DNA from: Polymyxa betae A26-41 | Taxonomy: Eukaryota > Protista > Endomyxa: Phytomyxea | Reading direction: 5' to 3' | NCBI GenBank assembly: GCA_003693705.1 | Contig: RBZT01000593.1 | Span: forward strand, 1 to 53,318 | DNA length: 53,318 nt | Shown: in pieces, positions 25,056 to 39,499 of the stretch | How the letters are laid out: the number at the start of each line of letters is the position of its first letter | Position numbering within the stretch: position 1 is the stretch's first letter | Notes under the pieces: generated by a model | What the model saw: only the letters and a program-made list of their open reading frames with translations | What the model was told of the DNA's origin: nothing | Database searches by the model: none | Made by a program: the position numbers and the translations under genes

Positions 25056-25360
25056 CGATATCCAAGAATCCAGCGAAGATTAGCGTTCTTCTCAATACAA
25101 GGTCTAAGTCAGCCAATCCTGCTTTAATTGAATACTCCTATAAACGAAGTTTGAATTTCGAAGGCATCTTCCAAAGATTATGGTACTACGATTGCAGAAT
25201 ACAACATCAGAAGATTGATAGAGAATACAACAACATTAGGAGACACTTGTAACGGCAGATGTGGCTGCAGCCGTCCAATGCGACTCTGTAGAGCATCCTT
25301 CTAATATTGAGGGTCTCTTCCTTTCATCACACAATGCAAATCAACAGCCAGTATTAGATA

Positions 25361-28328
25361 ATGTCATCGGCAAATGGGCACGCTTCCGTTCGGCAGCTGT
25401 TGCTGAACGAGGAGGATACCAATCACTTATTCAGAAAAGGGAAAATTTTGTCGGAGAGGACGGGCGATCCGGTCAGGCGAGAAAAGGCTATTCATCTCTA
25501 TGAGCAAATAATAATGTACTCCTCGCTCTTGACAGATGCTCAAAGAGAGGTAATATTGACTGATCAAATTCTTTATGTTAAGAGGCTCAGCTGAACTGAG
25601 CTTTAGGAATTTACTAAAGCTGGAGGTGGAAAAGTTTTATACTGCCTCTGTACAATTGGGCCCCATGCGTTTGACAAAAATGGATTGCTTAACATGAGGT
25701 TTTTTTGAAAGCGATGTTTTAAGGTTGATTTACAAGATATTTTAGGATGGGCGCTGATAATCGTGGAAAGCATTGTGATTGTGTTTGTACACAATGCAGT
25801 GCAAGAAGAGGATCAGAACATGCACAGTTCTTGGTTGGTGTCATGTACTCTCAAGGGTTTGGCGCTGTCAAGAACATGAACCAAGCTTTTCACTGGTTTA
25901 GTCAAGCTGCCAATAAGGATTGCCTGCCAGCAATGTTCGCGTTAGGATATATGTACGATAACGGTCTTGGGGTGCGACAGAATTACGATGAAGCCATGCT
26001 TTGGTATACGCGCGCAGCAAACAATGGTTATGCAGCTGCCAAATTTCAACTTGGCTGTATGTACGAAATGGGACTAGGGGTTCAAGCTAATTTCCCGACT
26101 GCACTCGATCTTTGGACCGAAGCTGCCCAAGCCAAATATTTACCTGCTATGCTTCGTCTTGCCTATGTTTTCAAACATGGAGAAGGAGTCGAACAAAATT
26201 TGGCTGAAGCGGCCATACTCTACAAACATGCTGCTAAAATGGGTGACGCTGCAGCTCAAACTACTGTCGGCTTTATGTATGAACAGGGTCAAGGTTTCAA
26301 GCAAGACTACAGGAGAGCGTTGAAATGGTATACCAGAGCAGCGGAAGCTGGTGACCTAACCGCCCAGGCAAATCTTGCAAGCATGTATGAGCGAGGCTGT
26401 GGAGTGGAAAGGGATCTGGAGAAAGCTCTGTATTGGTTTGAATTAGCTGCACAACAGAACGATGCTCCTGCTCAACTTATACTGGGAACGATGTATGAAA
26501 GGATCGAGGTAATGGATTCCAAACAATGAGAAGTTTTTGATACTGATTACCCCCAAGGACTATTTTCGAGCTTTCGCATGGTATGAACATGCAGCTGAAC
26601 AGGGCAATCCTGAGGCTCAACGCCGAGTGGCTGACATGCTGATTCGTGGTCGCGGCGTAGATAAGGATATTAGTCGGGCAATCTTTTGGTATGAGCACGC
26701 TGCTGAGGGAGAAGATGTCGAATCGATCATCCGACTAGGATGCATCTATGATGAAGGCAAACTCACTCGGAGAGATTCGGAAAAAGCTTTTCATTATTTT
26801 GAAAATGGGGCTGCATTGCTTGACCCATACTGTCAGTTCCGTACTGGAAAAATGCTTGAAACTGGCAGAGGAGTTCGCCAAAATTCTAAAGATGCATTAC
26901 ATTATTATCGGCTAGCAGCAGAGGCGCAAGAACCTGAGGTAAACAAACCAGTTGTTGCTTATGGCACGATTGAAACTTTAAACCGTAAAATAGGCATTAC
27001 TTGCATTGGGTCGTATTTTTGAAGAGGGACAGATTTTGCCAGAAGACTTCAGTCGTGCCATTGAACTTTTCAAGGCATCTGCCGAAAAGGACTTGTCTGA
27101 TGCCAATGCTGCACTAGCGTCGATGTACTTGAAAGGCAAAGGTGTGTCAAAGGACATCCCAAAAGCGGTTGAATTGCTGGAGAAAGCTTCTGCTGCAGGC
27201 TGTCCCGATGCAGACTACACTCTTGGCTTTCTTTACAAGAATGGTGCAGCTGGATTGGCAGTCGATCTTGAAAAGAGTGTTAAGCATTTCATGATGGCAG
27301 CTAAAGTTGGAGATGACAGGTCTCAATATAGTCTTGGCTGTATGTACAAGAAAGGCTTTGGAGTTATACAAAGCTCTGAAAATGCCGCACATTGGTTCAA
27401 AAAGTCGGCTAAAGCTGGTGATGACAGAGCACAAGCGTCTCTGGGTCGGCTGTATGAAACAGGAAAAGGGGTTGCTATTGATTACAAAAAGGCAATGATG
27501 TGGTACGAAAAGGCAGCTTCTAATGGAAATGTCAAAAGCATGGTTAGCCTCGGAGCTTTATACGAAAAAGGTTTAGGCGCCCGAGTTGATCTGGAAGCAG
27601 CTGCGAAGTGTTACGGTCAAGCAGCCGCTGCTGGATGGGCTGAGGGACAATGTGCTCTAGGTGTCATGTACGACCATGGTCGTGGTGTCAAACAGTCTTA
27701 TAAGAAAGCGTACAATCTCTACCTGACTGCTGCCCAGCAACAGTATCCCAAAGCCATGTTCTATCTAGCTTACATGCTGCAGTACGGTCAAGGCGTTGAA
27801 GTTAACCCGCAAGAAGCGATGAAATGGTACAAAATGGCAGCGGAAGCCAATGATACTGATGCTGCCTTCCATCTTGGAAAATTATGTGAATCTGGAGTGC
27901 TGCCAGCGGTATCGGGTCAAGCTCAAAAGTGGTATATGCAGGCAGCCCAAGCAGGTCATACCGGTGCCATTGATAAGCTAAAAGAATTGGGCATTTCTGT
28001 TCCTGTCAAACGAAAAGAATTCACTAAGGATTCCAAAGAGAAATTCCAAATGCAAAGCGCTGCATCAGTATCATACCATCTCAGAGGTCGCCACAGTTTC
28101 GATGATGACAATGAGCTGCTTAAAGTCCAAAATCATCCACAGCCTGAGAGGCCCATGCCAGAAGAGCCACGCCCAAAGCCTACTCTAAAGTCAGTAGATG
28201 ATCTCGGGCCCGTTGCACCCGTAAATTTAGGGGCAGTGACATCAACTAGACATCCGATTAGTGGTAATCTTGTAGGGAGAATGAAATCTCTGTGGGGAGA
28301 TAATTGGCAAAACCCCAATATTAATTAA
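25361..28328 (+). CDS. Sel1-like repeat protein (about 19 SLRs)
   Basis: Repeated AQ/MxxLGxMYxxGxGVxxDxxxAxxWYxxAAxxG units over spliced ORFs 25747-26529, 26537-27022, 27006-28328; short N-terminal exons from 25361. Confidence 0.92.
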
Positions 28329-28385
28329 ACCATACTGTAGATAATAGATACATTTGCTTGCAAACATAAAATATCATTTCTCGAA

Positions 28386-28566
28386 ATGTTTCTAGCCAAG
28401 TTCTTCACCGAGAAAAACGCTGAGAGCAAATTGCAACAAGCCAGCGTCAATAAGGCCAGCTTCCACTTCACCCCTGAGCCAAAGGTTTCAAGGTATTAAT
28501 CGTTAAAAGATTATCCCATGTTAAGGAATGTGAATCAGGACAGTTCAGAATTTGATTGCTAGTTGA
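28386..28566 (+). CDS. Candidate 44-aa spliced micropeptide
   Basis: ATG 28386, exon to 28492, 46-nt GT-AG intron 28493-28538, stop 28564-28566: MFLAKFFTEKNAESKLQQASVNKASFHFTPEPKVSRTVQNLIAS. Confidence 0.3.
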
Positions 28567-28660
28567 AACGAAAAACTAGCACCAGGTTTTAGGCAAAATT
28601 ATATGTCAATTTTAAGACTGTTGAATATTATGGGAAGACAGACGCCCAAAGTAGAATCGA

Positions 28661-31550
28661 CTATTTATCAGTAAAGTGAGCACGCCTGCCAATGGAGAAA
28701 TCACCGAGGGGTGTCGCTCGGGGTTTGAAGACAAGATCATTTTCATTGGCAAGATGAAGCAAGCAAATAAAATATAACTGAACGGACATGGCTCCTCGGG
28801 AAGATTCAGGAACAGGTCTGCATAATCACTGAATTTCGTCGCCTCTCAGAAACAAGGAGAAATCCGCCTTACACAGATTGAATCATTTGCTTGAAAGACG
28901 GCCATTCAGTTTGGGACTCAGACTGGACCTCAGTTTGTTCTGTATCAGGACCAGAAGAATCTGAATTTTGTTCGTGTTCAATTGGTAGCGGAGGGGAATT
29001 TTGTGTTTTCTCCGATAAAGTTGACCATAAGCACAGCTTAACTGCCTAACAAAAACTCTATTGACTAATTGTCATAGCCTTTGATAGAATACGTTTACCT
29101 TTATATCAACCTTCTTTACAGACTTGGCGAAATCCAGTTCAATTTTCTCAGCAGTTGTAGGCTGAGCCACGAAATTAAACTCAGACGTGAAGAGACCTCC
29201 ATCCTGAGTACACTGTTTAGCTAGGCAAACGACGAATATACAGAACCCAACATCATCATTATCTTGGCAAATATTGGGGACCAATCCGTCGTCATCTTCG
29301 TCGTCGAATTCTTGGTTAAAAATGACGAAATTCGTCGGGCCATCATCCCCATGGCCCCCAAACCCGAAGTTAGAATCCATATTCCCATTGGCAGATATAG
29401 TCTTGTTTACAGGACGTAAGAAGTTGGGACGGTGAAACAGCCTAATGAAGTCTAACGATAAAGATATCGTATCCGAAACAGTTTACCTAAAAAGCACCGA
29501 ATGGCTAATATGCAAATCAGTTGGGAGGAGATGGTTTAAAGTAGAAGATTTCTTATAAGAAGCCTTTGATAACAGATTAGACGCTCGGGGAGGATCTGCC
29601 AAGTCGGATTCTGGAATATGAGGACCCCTAAAGGAAGACTTCCATGATGAGAATGACAACCATACTGATTAAAACCGGACCTGAAGTCGATCTCGTGAGA
29701 AATTCGAGCTCTTTTCAACTTCGATCTGAGCACCTCCATGTCAGATTCCTATGATGAATATTAGAGCAATTTGAAGAATTGACGAGTAACAACTCATTAC
29801 TTGATTGCAAACATTCTGTTGCGATTCTCCTTTGAATCTCCAGTGGGATGTTCCAATACCAGGGCCAGCCCAATTTTTATTCAGATGCAAATGCGGCATA
29901 TTCAAACCATTTTCTTCAGAGAATATAGCAGTAGTTCTTCGAGAGCCCGCAGGCGAGAATAACCCATCTTCGGTGGAAGTCACGTCATTCACATTGCTCT
30001 GATCTGTGTCCAAGGACTCAGCTAAAAACGGACCACAACATTGAATGTAACGAACCGATGATCTCACAGGATTCTGATTCGACACTGTCACCGAGTCCTT
30101 CATGGTTATCATGGCTGTCATGAACAGGGGAAGGATCTGCCGAAAATCAGTATTTCAATGCTTATAACCAAACCAATGGAGACTTCACCAGCATGGTCAA
30201 ACATATCGGCGTTGTTGCTTTCAAGATTGTAAGGATGTCCTCCATCATCGTCATCATCATCTTCATCAACATCATAGTGATCTGGGACTTGATGTGACTC
30301 CTCACAATCGTTTTCCTAAAGCAGCAGTTATTAACAAATCACACAAAGGAAAAAATATTGTGGGAACTTCAGCGAATGTATCAGCCATCTGTTCTGGAAC
30401 GCTTTCGTCAAGGTTGACTTGGATTTCTTCCTCGTTCAACGCAGCTCTCAATCGTGATGTTAAGGGTGAAATTTGAAAGTCGGAATTGTAAACATTAGAC
30501 CAAAGTTGCAGAAAACTTGGAGGAATTTCAATGCGAATGGTCTCAGAATTCTCCTCCTAAATTTTGTGAGAAATCAGTTTGAAGAAAGTTTAGCGACATC
30601 AGCAGAAATTACAGAGGTTTCCATTGCCATATCGGCAGAAAAGTCGAACACAATATGACACCTTTGTCCAACGTTTAACTGATTCATCAAAAGACCTTTA
30701 GCGCCGCCTTCATCAAATGATGAAGCAGTCCGTTGGAACATGGGATCGACTTCAAATAAAAGTTCAGATAATGGAACAGCTAAAGCGGCAGGGCGCAACT
30801 CCAAATGACAATTTAGCTGATTTTGGCGATTACGCTGTCGAGGACGGTTTGCGTTGGCCGACGATGGCTTCGCCGTTTGATCCTCTTCATCATCTATCTC
30901 TATAGATATAAATGATGGCAGAAAACGAACGGTGATACGGTGATACCAATGTGTTGTTCTTCCACCTCGCTACCATTCTGATCTGTTCTGTTTAAACCTC
31001 CGAGAACCTACATTATATAAATAGATTGAGCCAAGGTAAAGTTTTTAGATTTAATCACCTTGAACATGTCATGGTGGACAGAGTCGACTCGATAAGAGTA
31101 TATCTTGACAGACGCGTCTAATGTACAACTAGATTATTATTTAGGGAGATTCTTCAAGAGCTAAAGCAGTCAGGATATACCTGGCTTTCTGGAAATTAGT
31201 GTTCGCTCCTGTATTTCCAATAACATCATCAATATGATCAATCAATGATAAATCCCATGTATTCTGGCGATTGATCTTGTTCTCAGCCGATAACTTAATA
31301 CATTTGTCATATATCTCCAAAATGTTTTTGTCTGGCTCAGCATGAGAAACAGCTCCCGATAGCCTCAATACACAGTCAATATCATTAATGTGTATATTAG
31401 AGAAAGCAAGTACCTCCTACGAGCGGTGGGCGTATGAGAGAGACGCCGCTTCTCTCTCTGTGCCCTGAGATGCTCTCTTTCAGCTTCATCGTCATTGCCA
31501 GGAACTTCCTGGATAATGGCAAATCCCTTGCTAAGACGTCTACTACTCAT
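28661..31550 (-). CDS. NCAPH: Condensin complex subunit 2 (CAP-H / Barren / Brn1 kleisin)
   Basis: CIKLSAENKINRQNTWDLSLID, NFQKA|SCTLDASVKIYSYRVDSVH, VDPMFQRTASSFDEGGAKGLL, WAGP...HWRFK, FAKSVKKVDIK, SVQLYFICLLHLANE. Confidence 0.95.
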
Positions 31551-31732
31551 CGTAATACAGAGAGAGACGAAAACAATGATAGATGGAAATACTGCAATGA
31601 GCAGTGAAGGTCGAAGGGGGCTACGCCATTACCATCATCCTTGTTTTATAAAGCCCGCGAATTTCACGACATGGCCGTTTGGAGCGTGTGAATCCATAAG
31701 CGTCATACTGACACAATCACTTTTCGTATTTA

Positions 31733-32617
31733 TTAGGTTTCATGTTTAACATGAGCGCCATATGAGATGACAGGAAGCAGCGATGGATTCAGTTGAATCT
31801 CGCGGCCGATTGTAAGGCCTCGGACACCAATCTGAAACTGAATCCAAATGAAGGTCGCGAGTCCTGAAAGTATATGCCAAAACGAGTGAAAATGCATAGG
31901 TTGAACATAAGGACAGAAGAATATGTCCAAGAGCCAAAAAAATATTCTAGTAAAGGCTCAGTTACGTTGCTGATTGAAGAATGTCGAGTCATTACCCACT
32001 AAAATATAGAACATAGGAAGCTGTAAATAATGTTGCACATAATCGATATGATCCAGGAAGGCGCCAGAGTTTTTGCGATATTTGGAATGATTTCAATGTG
32101 ACATAGGTTGTTTGACATATAAATGTTGTAATAAAGAACCAATAATGATCTGTAAATAAATATATAATGGTCGTAATTGATGCCATGGTAATTAATAAAC
32201 CAGATAGATATCGATATTGATTGTGCTTGTTCCTCTCTATTAACATATAGATACAGATAAAATTCACAAATATCATTGGAAGTTCATCGAGCATTTGGGC
32301 TGAACGCCTCAATGTTCCATGGAATAAGGTTGAACCAATCCCAACCGTTGTATAGGCTAGAAACACCAAGAGAAATCGTCTGTCAGTGTTGCAATTACGC
32401 CAATATGCTGAAACTCCTATCAGGCCAAATATAATGATAGGAATGGATGATAGAGCATTGAATGTTTCAGCAAGAAATCTGCTATTGACGTAGTTAGGTT
32501 CACACCAATCCATGGTTGTATCTACAGGGCCCCCTGGAAGTCATTAGATATCAATTGATGTGACGTTGCAATTGACTAACAGAAGGGATCAAATCGATTC
32601 TGATCATGTTCGGGCAT
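31733..32617 (-). CDS. Alkaline ceramidase (CREST superfamily, ACER3-like)
   Basis: FW|GPVDTTMDWCEPNY, AETFNALSS, GIGSTLFHGTL..AQMLDELPM, FHSFWHILSG. Confidence 0.92.
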
Positions 32618-33160
32618 GACTGATCTAAAATATAAGAATTGATAAACGTGGTTATGTAATGAGAGTCACATTTAGTCAAGAGGCCACTTTCAAGCCAACC
32701 AACTTATCAAGTCACGTGTTTCACTTCTTGATTTAAAAATCACCCAATGAGGCGACTTGTCGGATGAATTGTACAGTGTGCATTATGGGAAATTTGAAAT
32801 TATTTTTAAATTACAGTATATTGCAGTTGTCAAGCCCAAGAGTCCATGCGTCCTGCGTGATTTCGCCCAATTGCAATCCCAGGATTTATAAGATCATGGA
32901 GTTGATGAAGAGATCCTGATTATTGAATGGTGCACATATCTGAATGCCAATGCAACTATGAAAACAATGACACAGAACCCAAGAAAAACAACGGAAGATT
33001 TTTGTAATTGGAAGCGAGGCTGCGTTTTGTATTGGTTGTTGGATGTTGCGGTCTGTTGTAGTTGTGTTGTTAGACCCAGAGACCGAAAGGCAGACAACAG
33101 AAACTGAGTGATTACTGTATAGTAGTGTCACTGTGAATAGAACATGTACTGGTATTTGTC

Positions 33161-36100
33161 ATGCCTACATATTCTACAGCATTGACATTATTATCATCAT
33201 GTCTAGATCGGAGCTCACATTCAGATCCATCTAGTAACCGCCTAGCTGCTCTCATACCTATTCTACCTAATATCAAATTATCACTTCTACCAGAACTTCT
33301 TAATCTTGGTATCATTGAGCAGGCACCGGGCCCTGGACAGTTCCCATTAGATAGGAGATCATCTGCTTGCATCCTTGCCTTAGCCCGATGTAAGAATCAG
33401 CCCATTTCAAAAGACCTTTTCTATCTTCACGTATTATCTCTGTCATCATGCAAAACAGATCCTGATTCTGGGTTTATATCATCATTTTGTAAAGCTATTT
33501 GTGAATCACAGCCGACTGCTACAACAACTCAGGTGATTCGTCTAACACTACAATCTGCATTACAGAATGTCTGTCTTTCTGTATTGCTGGGCCTTCTTCA
33601 GGCATTGTCTGATCCTCCAGTTCTCTCGCAATCAGAATTACTTCAAGAGCAGCTTTTATTCACTTTAAAGTTGGCTCGAGAGCAAATTGTTCAAATTTCA
33701 GACAGTCGACATCGTCGACGTAAACATCAATGGTCGCAAATCCAAGTTCGAGCTATTCGTGCGATTAGTGTTCAGTTACAAGAAAAGCTTAGTCACGACG
33801 AAAAGCTTCGTCTATCTCTTTATAACAAAGGCCTAGGTGTTCTGGGCTTTAAAGACGACACCGAATGGCGGCCTATCAGTTCAGCTGCTATATCAGTTGA
33901 TATGTATTCAGCCTGTGCTGAGTTATGTGTGTCATGTGCTAAATCAGATAAGGAGCTTTCTATAGAGCTGATGCATTGCTTAATCAAGTTATTGAAAGTA
34001 TCGTCGCGATCTGGCTCAAACTTGTCACCAACGCCCTCTAATATGGCCGTCTTCTCTCAGATCCTGAATTGTGTTACCCGTCTGGTTGTTAATAACCATC
34101 GGCTGATACGATCTGCGGTTGATCAGTTAAAAGAACTGTTAGAAAATTCCAATTTGCAACAACGTTCAGATTATGAAGATTTCCATGAGCTCGTTTCTGC
34201 TTCTATGGCGGAAATTCTCAAAGCTGAGCTGTCTATATCGGGACGTCCGTTTGCAGATACATTTGCTCGCAAGTTGGTGTTTTCTTTAGATCAGAATTTG
34301 CTGATAACCAAGGACGATTCTATTATGACAGAACAGTCACTTCTGCTTCTACTTGGTCGTGTTACTGCGTTAGTTAACAATCCAAAGCTTACCGAACATG
34401 TCATTCCAATGTTGATGAATCGGTTCACAAACTCACCTAAATTTTTGCATATCGTTATACCCCATTTAACCGATATTGCACTAGTTAGCGAAGCTCGTGT
34501 ATTCAACGATGTTGTTTCATTGCTAACTAACATCTATAGTAAACCGTTTATTGCCGATAACAAATGGAATCGGAAGGAGATACCCGATGCATTGTTAAAC
34601 TTAGCTGAACATGTGACTAACCCTGAATTACGATCCGGGCTGCTGAAATCTCTCTTAAAATTATTCAAGATACTGGGCCGTCAAATCCAGGAACGAATGG
34701 AACAATCTGTACAGAATTCGTCATCGATGGCGGGTGTATTAGGATTTCTGCTACCGGCTCTGGCTGTATTAATGGTTCCAGTTGATGAACTTTCTGCTGA
34801 AGTTCATGATCGAGGTGATGTCAGCTATCGAGCCATGATATCAACATTACCAGCCACCATACATCGACATCCAAGTCTGGCACGAATATCACCCTGGGAT
34901 GGTCAAAGTCAAAATCCTCCTAAACCAGTTACTGCTTTTGAATCGGTCGATGCTGATGTTAAATGGTTTCGAACACTTTGGAATTATCTCGGTATGTTCA
35001 TTCCTTTCTGTGCTCTTTATTTTCATGACACAATACTTTCAGTTCTCTACAGATTCGCAGATCCAACGACATCAATGTGGCCTCCAGCCTGGGCCAATGC
35101 TGTTAAAACTATTGCTGCTCATACACCTGCTTTGGCATTGTCTGCAACAGAAACATCACAACACGATATTGAGCTTTTTGCAGAAACCGGTATTTGTCAG
35201 GTACCTAATGGTTGCTTGCAACTGATGTGATTTGGTGACGTTGTGAAGGTCTGCATCCACGAATTGCGTTCTCGATTGAGTGTGCTTTATCCAATCCATG
35301 CCTCAGTGATTTCTTCACTTTCAACTGGTGCCTTAGTTTATATAATGAGCATCGAGGTATTGGAATCAGCCCGTGTATTATCTGGAACAGTTATGCCTCT
35401 GTTTACATATCTTCATGACCAAACTGCCGCATCTGTCACTAAAATAGTTGATACTGTAGCCGATCATGTCTTCCAGTCCTATCTTGATGTGATGGCATCT
35501 TGGCCTGCTGATTCCTTACGCAGGCAGAATTTGGAATCACACGCCGTCTTTCTCTTTGCTCAATCTTGCAGTCGATATCAACGTGCTGCTGCCAAAGCGG
35601 TGCTTTACCTGAAAGAAATCGTGAATCGATTCCCGTTTTTGCAATGGAGTAAGACATGTCTATCATGTCTGTTTCGGTTATACAATACGCTGCAGGATCT
35701 TAGCTCTGATATCGGTATGCAGTAATCTGAATGATGATTTCACCAATAATACTGACTAAATGTTTAGATCTGATTAGTTCACCCAATCCTCTTCCCAATA
35801 TTGGCTGTCTGCAGTTAGATTTAGCTGATGATTGGAAATCTCGTGCATTGGCTCAAAGTCACATTCAAAAAATGCTGACAAGATGGCTGGAAAATGCCAC
35901 TTTCATTGTCCCATCGCACATGTCGGTTGAACACTCAGCTTTATGTTATCGAAAACTGAACAGACATTGCTGATACTTAGGGCTTCAATGTTACAATTAT
36001 TTATTCAGGATTGGCACGATAAATCAATGAAATATCCAACATTTGGTGTTGGGATCTCATTACGTCACTTATTAGCTGGGAAACGACAAGCAATGTTATC

Positions 36101-39100
36101 AGCTCCTGTAGACCAGGACCATTCAGCTTCACAATTCGCGTATTCGGTGACAGCCAGACAGCGCTATCTGGGCGATATTCGTGGCCGATTCTTTGCTTTT
36201 TGCCAAGATTCCAGCAATGAACGACCATTTGGTGAAGTTATGGCTTCTGATCTATTGATGGAATTTCATGAGATTCTCGGGCGTCATCGGATTGGATACG
36301 AAGGCCTCGAATATCAATTTAAGCGATGTCTGTATTTATGTGCAGCATTATTAGTTTGGTCAGTAACAGCTGCTACCGCTGATGATGATGCAGCATGCCA
36401 GATGTCAGCTATCTCTCTATCACAACATCGTGCTGTAGATCCACGTGAACTAATGCATTTGGTGTGTATGGCACCTGTCTATATGTTTACTGATCAGACT
36501 ATGTCTTATGCTATTGATGTATGGTCATGGCTATTTACTGTATCACATGCATTCTCTGTTGGTTTATTGGTTACAATGAAATCAGCATGGGCGTACACTA
36601 TTGATGCACGTCTTGGACTGTTCTCAGTTCCGCCTGATCAAGCTGCAGCTCAGTTCTCAGGTTACCTGTTTACCAAGATATCACCCTGTTATCGTCCTGG
36701 ATGGAATGGAGCTGGTCCACACGACTCCTGGATTTCATTCTTATTAGACCGATTCGACACTATAGCTGATTGCACTTTGGGCTCAATTCGTGCCATTCAT
36801 TTCATGTTGCATAAGGCTTTAGCCAAACCTGAATATATCTGTACTGCTCCATCATCTTTTGGGACCAGATTTCGATTGCTGTTATTGGGATTAAGGCTTG
36901 TGAATACGAGGTCTGGTCATGATCTGCTTCGAGATCGTATTATCTTGGTGGCATTTTCGTGGTTTCGAGAAGGTCCAAGGTGGTCTCCACATAAAACCTG
37001 GTCTGATGTCACAGCTGATGCTCAGACGATTGTGAATTTTATTGTAGCGATTCGTCGCGATTCTGGACGAAGCCCAGCAGCGCCTGTACCTGTTCCTACT
37101 AGCTCAGCTTCTGTTATTTCTGTACCTATTGGTAACAAACTTGGTGTTGAACGTGCTCCTTCAGTTACTGGATCTGTTCCACAACAGACTCCATCTGTAA
37201 TGAGATCAGTTCGTCCTGGAACTGATCCAACTGAAGTCTTCACGTTTACAACCTCTGAAGGACAGAATATGACTGGGTTTCTTCACGATTGGAGCCTACG
37301 TCCAGAGATAGACGATGCTGTTAGTATCGGTATTCGTGCACAGAAAGATCACATCGATCTGCTTATATTATTTCTGTCTCATGAATTTCATTGCCTTGTT
37401 GCATGGCATAACCCAAGACGACATCCTGATAGGATGCTTCGTGATGAGAATCTCTATGCTCATAATCTGACTGCCGGTTTGACCCAGGATGATTGGAGAC
37501 GTTACTTTCTGGTAGCCTGGTATATCGACCCACATGTTGCATATCGATTATCTCAAAGATTCCCTTATGTACGGCTTTTAAGATCAATGCTGAGAGCTAA
37601 GCTTCAATCAGAACCTTTGGCTTTGAAGAATATTGGCGAGGCTGTCCGGTTATTGTGCAACCAGAGAAATTGCAAACTTAATTCTCCCATTCTGAAACAT
37701 GTTGCTTTTTATGATTCATGTTCACTACCTACTGCCTTGAGGTTCTTATGTCCACCATTCGCTCAAAACCGCATTATTATCCAGGTTCGTTCATATCTAC
37801 TTCTATCATATGGAAATTCTGATCCGCTAAATGATTAGTATACACTGAGAAGTCTGTCTCTTCATGCACACAGTGGAGTTATTTTCTACATGCCCGAGAT
37901 AATTCAAGCGTTAAGACATGATACTTCGGCCAGCCTGGCAGAATTTCTCAAAGCTGCCGGCACTCAGTCTCCTCATTTAGGTCTATCTACCGAATCGTTG
38001 CTCTAAGTAGGCTTCTAACCATGGCTTTCAGCTCATCAACTCATTTGGGCGCTTCAAACCGAATCTGTTGTGGATGAAAATGCCCGGCGGAGGGTTCAAG
38101 ATGATCCTTTGCCATCAATATGCTCGAAGCTGGAGCAGGAAGTGATTTCTTCTTTCAGTACCGAAGCGGCTGCTTTCTATAGAGCTGAGTTCGATTTTTT
38201 TGAGCAAATCACGCGGCTGTCATCAGAACTGTTAGTTATTCCAAAAGTGCAGAAAGAAGAGCGCCGAGCTAGGCTCCAGTCCGAACTTCAAAAGATTCGA
38301 ACTGATACTTTACAGACATCTCAATTTCCATTATATCTGCCCATCGATCATACAGCCCAAGTTGTCGATATCGTTATTGACACTGCCAAGCCCCTACAGA
38401 GTGCCGCTCGAGTCCCTTTTCTGGTTGATTTTCTCATCAAGAAAATGCCAGATTCTGACGATACAGAAGAAAAAATTTTTCATACCAAAGTCCTGGAACT
38501 GACCAAAGAGACACCTAAGATTGAAACTAAGCAGGTCATCTTCAAAGCGGGAGACGATTGCCGCCAAGATTGTCTCGCTTTACAGTTTATTCGGCTGTTT
38601 AAAGATATTCTGAAATCTGTTGGACTACCGCTTTTTGTCTTCCCGTATCTGGTCATACCAAATAGAACTGGCCCAGGTCGGGATCTGGGTGGTGTCATCG
38701 AATGTGTTCGAAAATCATCCTCCCGAGATGAATTGGGTAAAACCAGCGGACTCTCACTTCGCGATTATTTTCTCTCAAAATATGGGCGTGCTGAAGGACC
38801 AGCTTTTAAGCAAGCGCAAAGGAACTTTGTCTTATCCATGGCAGGATATGCTGTCTGTTGTTATATTTTACAAGTCAAAGATCGTCATAATGGCAACATT
38901 CTTCTCGACGAAGCTGGCCATGTAATTCATATCGATTTCGGGTTTATTTTCGACATCTCTCCAGCCAAGGATATGAAGTGGGAATCGGCTGGTTTTAAGC
39001 TGACTTTAGAAATGGTCGAAGTCATGGACAATTTTGATTCGGACATGTGGAACTGGTTCGTTGACCTTTGCGTACGAGGCTACCTTGCCGCTCGCACGCA

Positions 39101-39338
39101 TCGTGATGATTTTTTGGCTCTAGCGGAGATCATGAGCGATAGTGCTCTGGGTTGTTTCAAGCCTGACTCTGTACGCAATCTGAAGCATCGTTTTGTTCCC
39201 GACAAAAATGAAAGGGACGCAGCTCAGCACATGATCAGTGTCGTTTTGGATGCATACAACAAGTTTACAACAAACACCTATGATTCAATTCAGTATTATC
39301 AACAAGGTATATACTATTATGCAGGTCAACCGTCGTAA
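33161..39338 (+). CDS. PI4KA: Phosphatidylinositol 4-kinase alpha (STT4/PI4KA)
   Basis: Long helical N-terminus; FGTRFRLLLLGL; FYMPEIIQALRHD; LQSAARVPF, IFKAGDDCRQD, KDRHNGNIL, HIDFGFIFDISP, YDSIQYYQQGI. Confidence 0.95.
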
Positions 39339-39499
39339 TGTCACAATACTGTTTATATATGTCATAAACCAATACTCGCTGTTACTTTGTTGGGCAAAAT
39401 TAATTGAATCTAAAGATAGGGGGTTTCTATATATATATTTTTATCTGAGTGTCCGATTAAAGCATTATGAAGAGTTCTTCCAGCGATTCAAAAGCGTAT

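Noticed and set aside
32894-33162. Small minus-strand ORF with a hydrophobic segment
   Set aside because: The only ATG overlaps the PI4KA start and would need an atypical 35-nt intron; no recognisable family.
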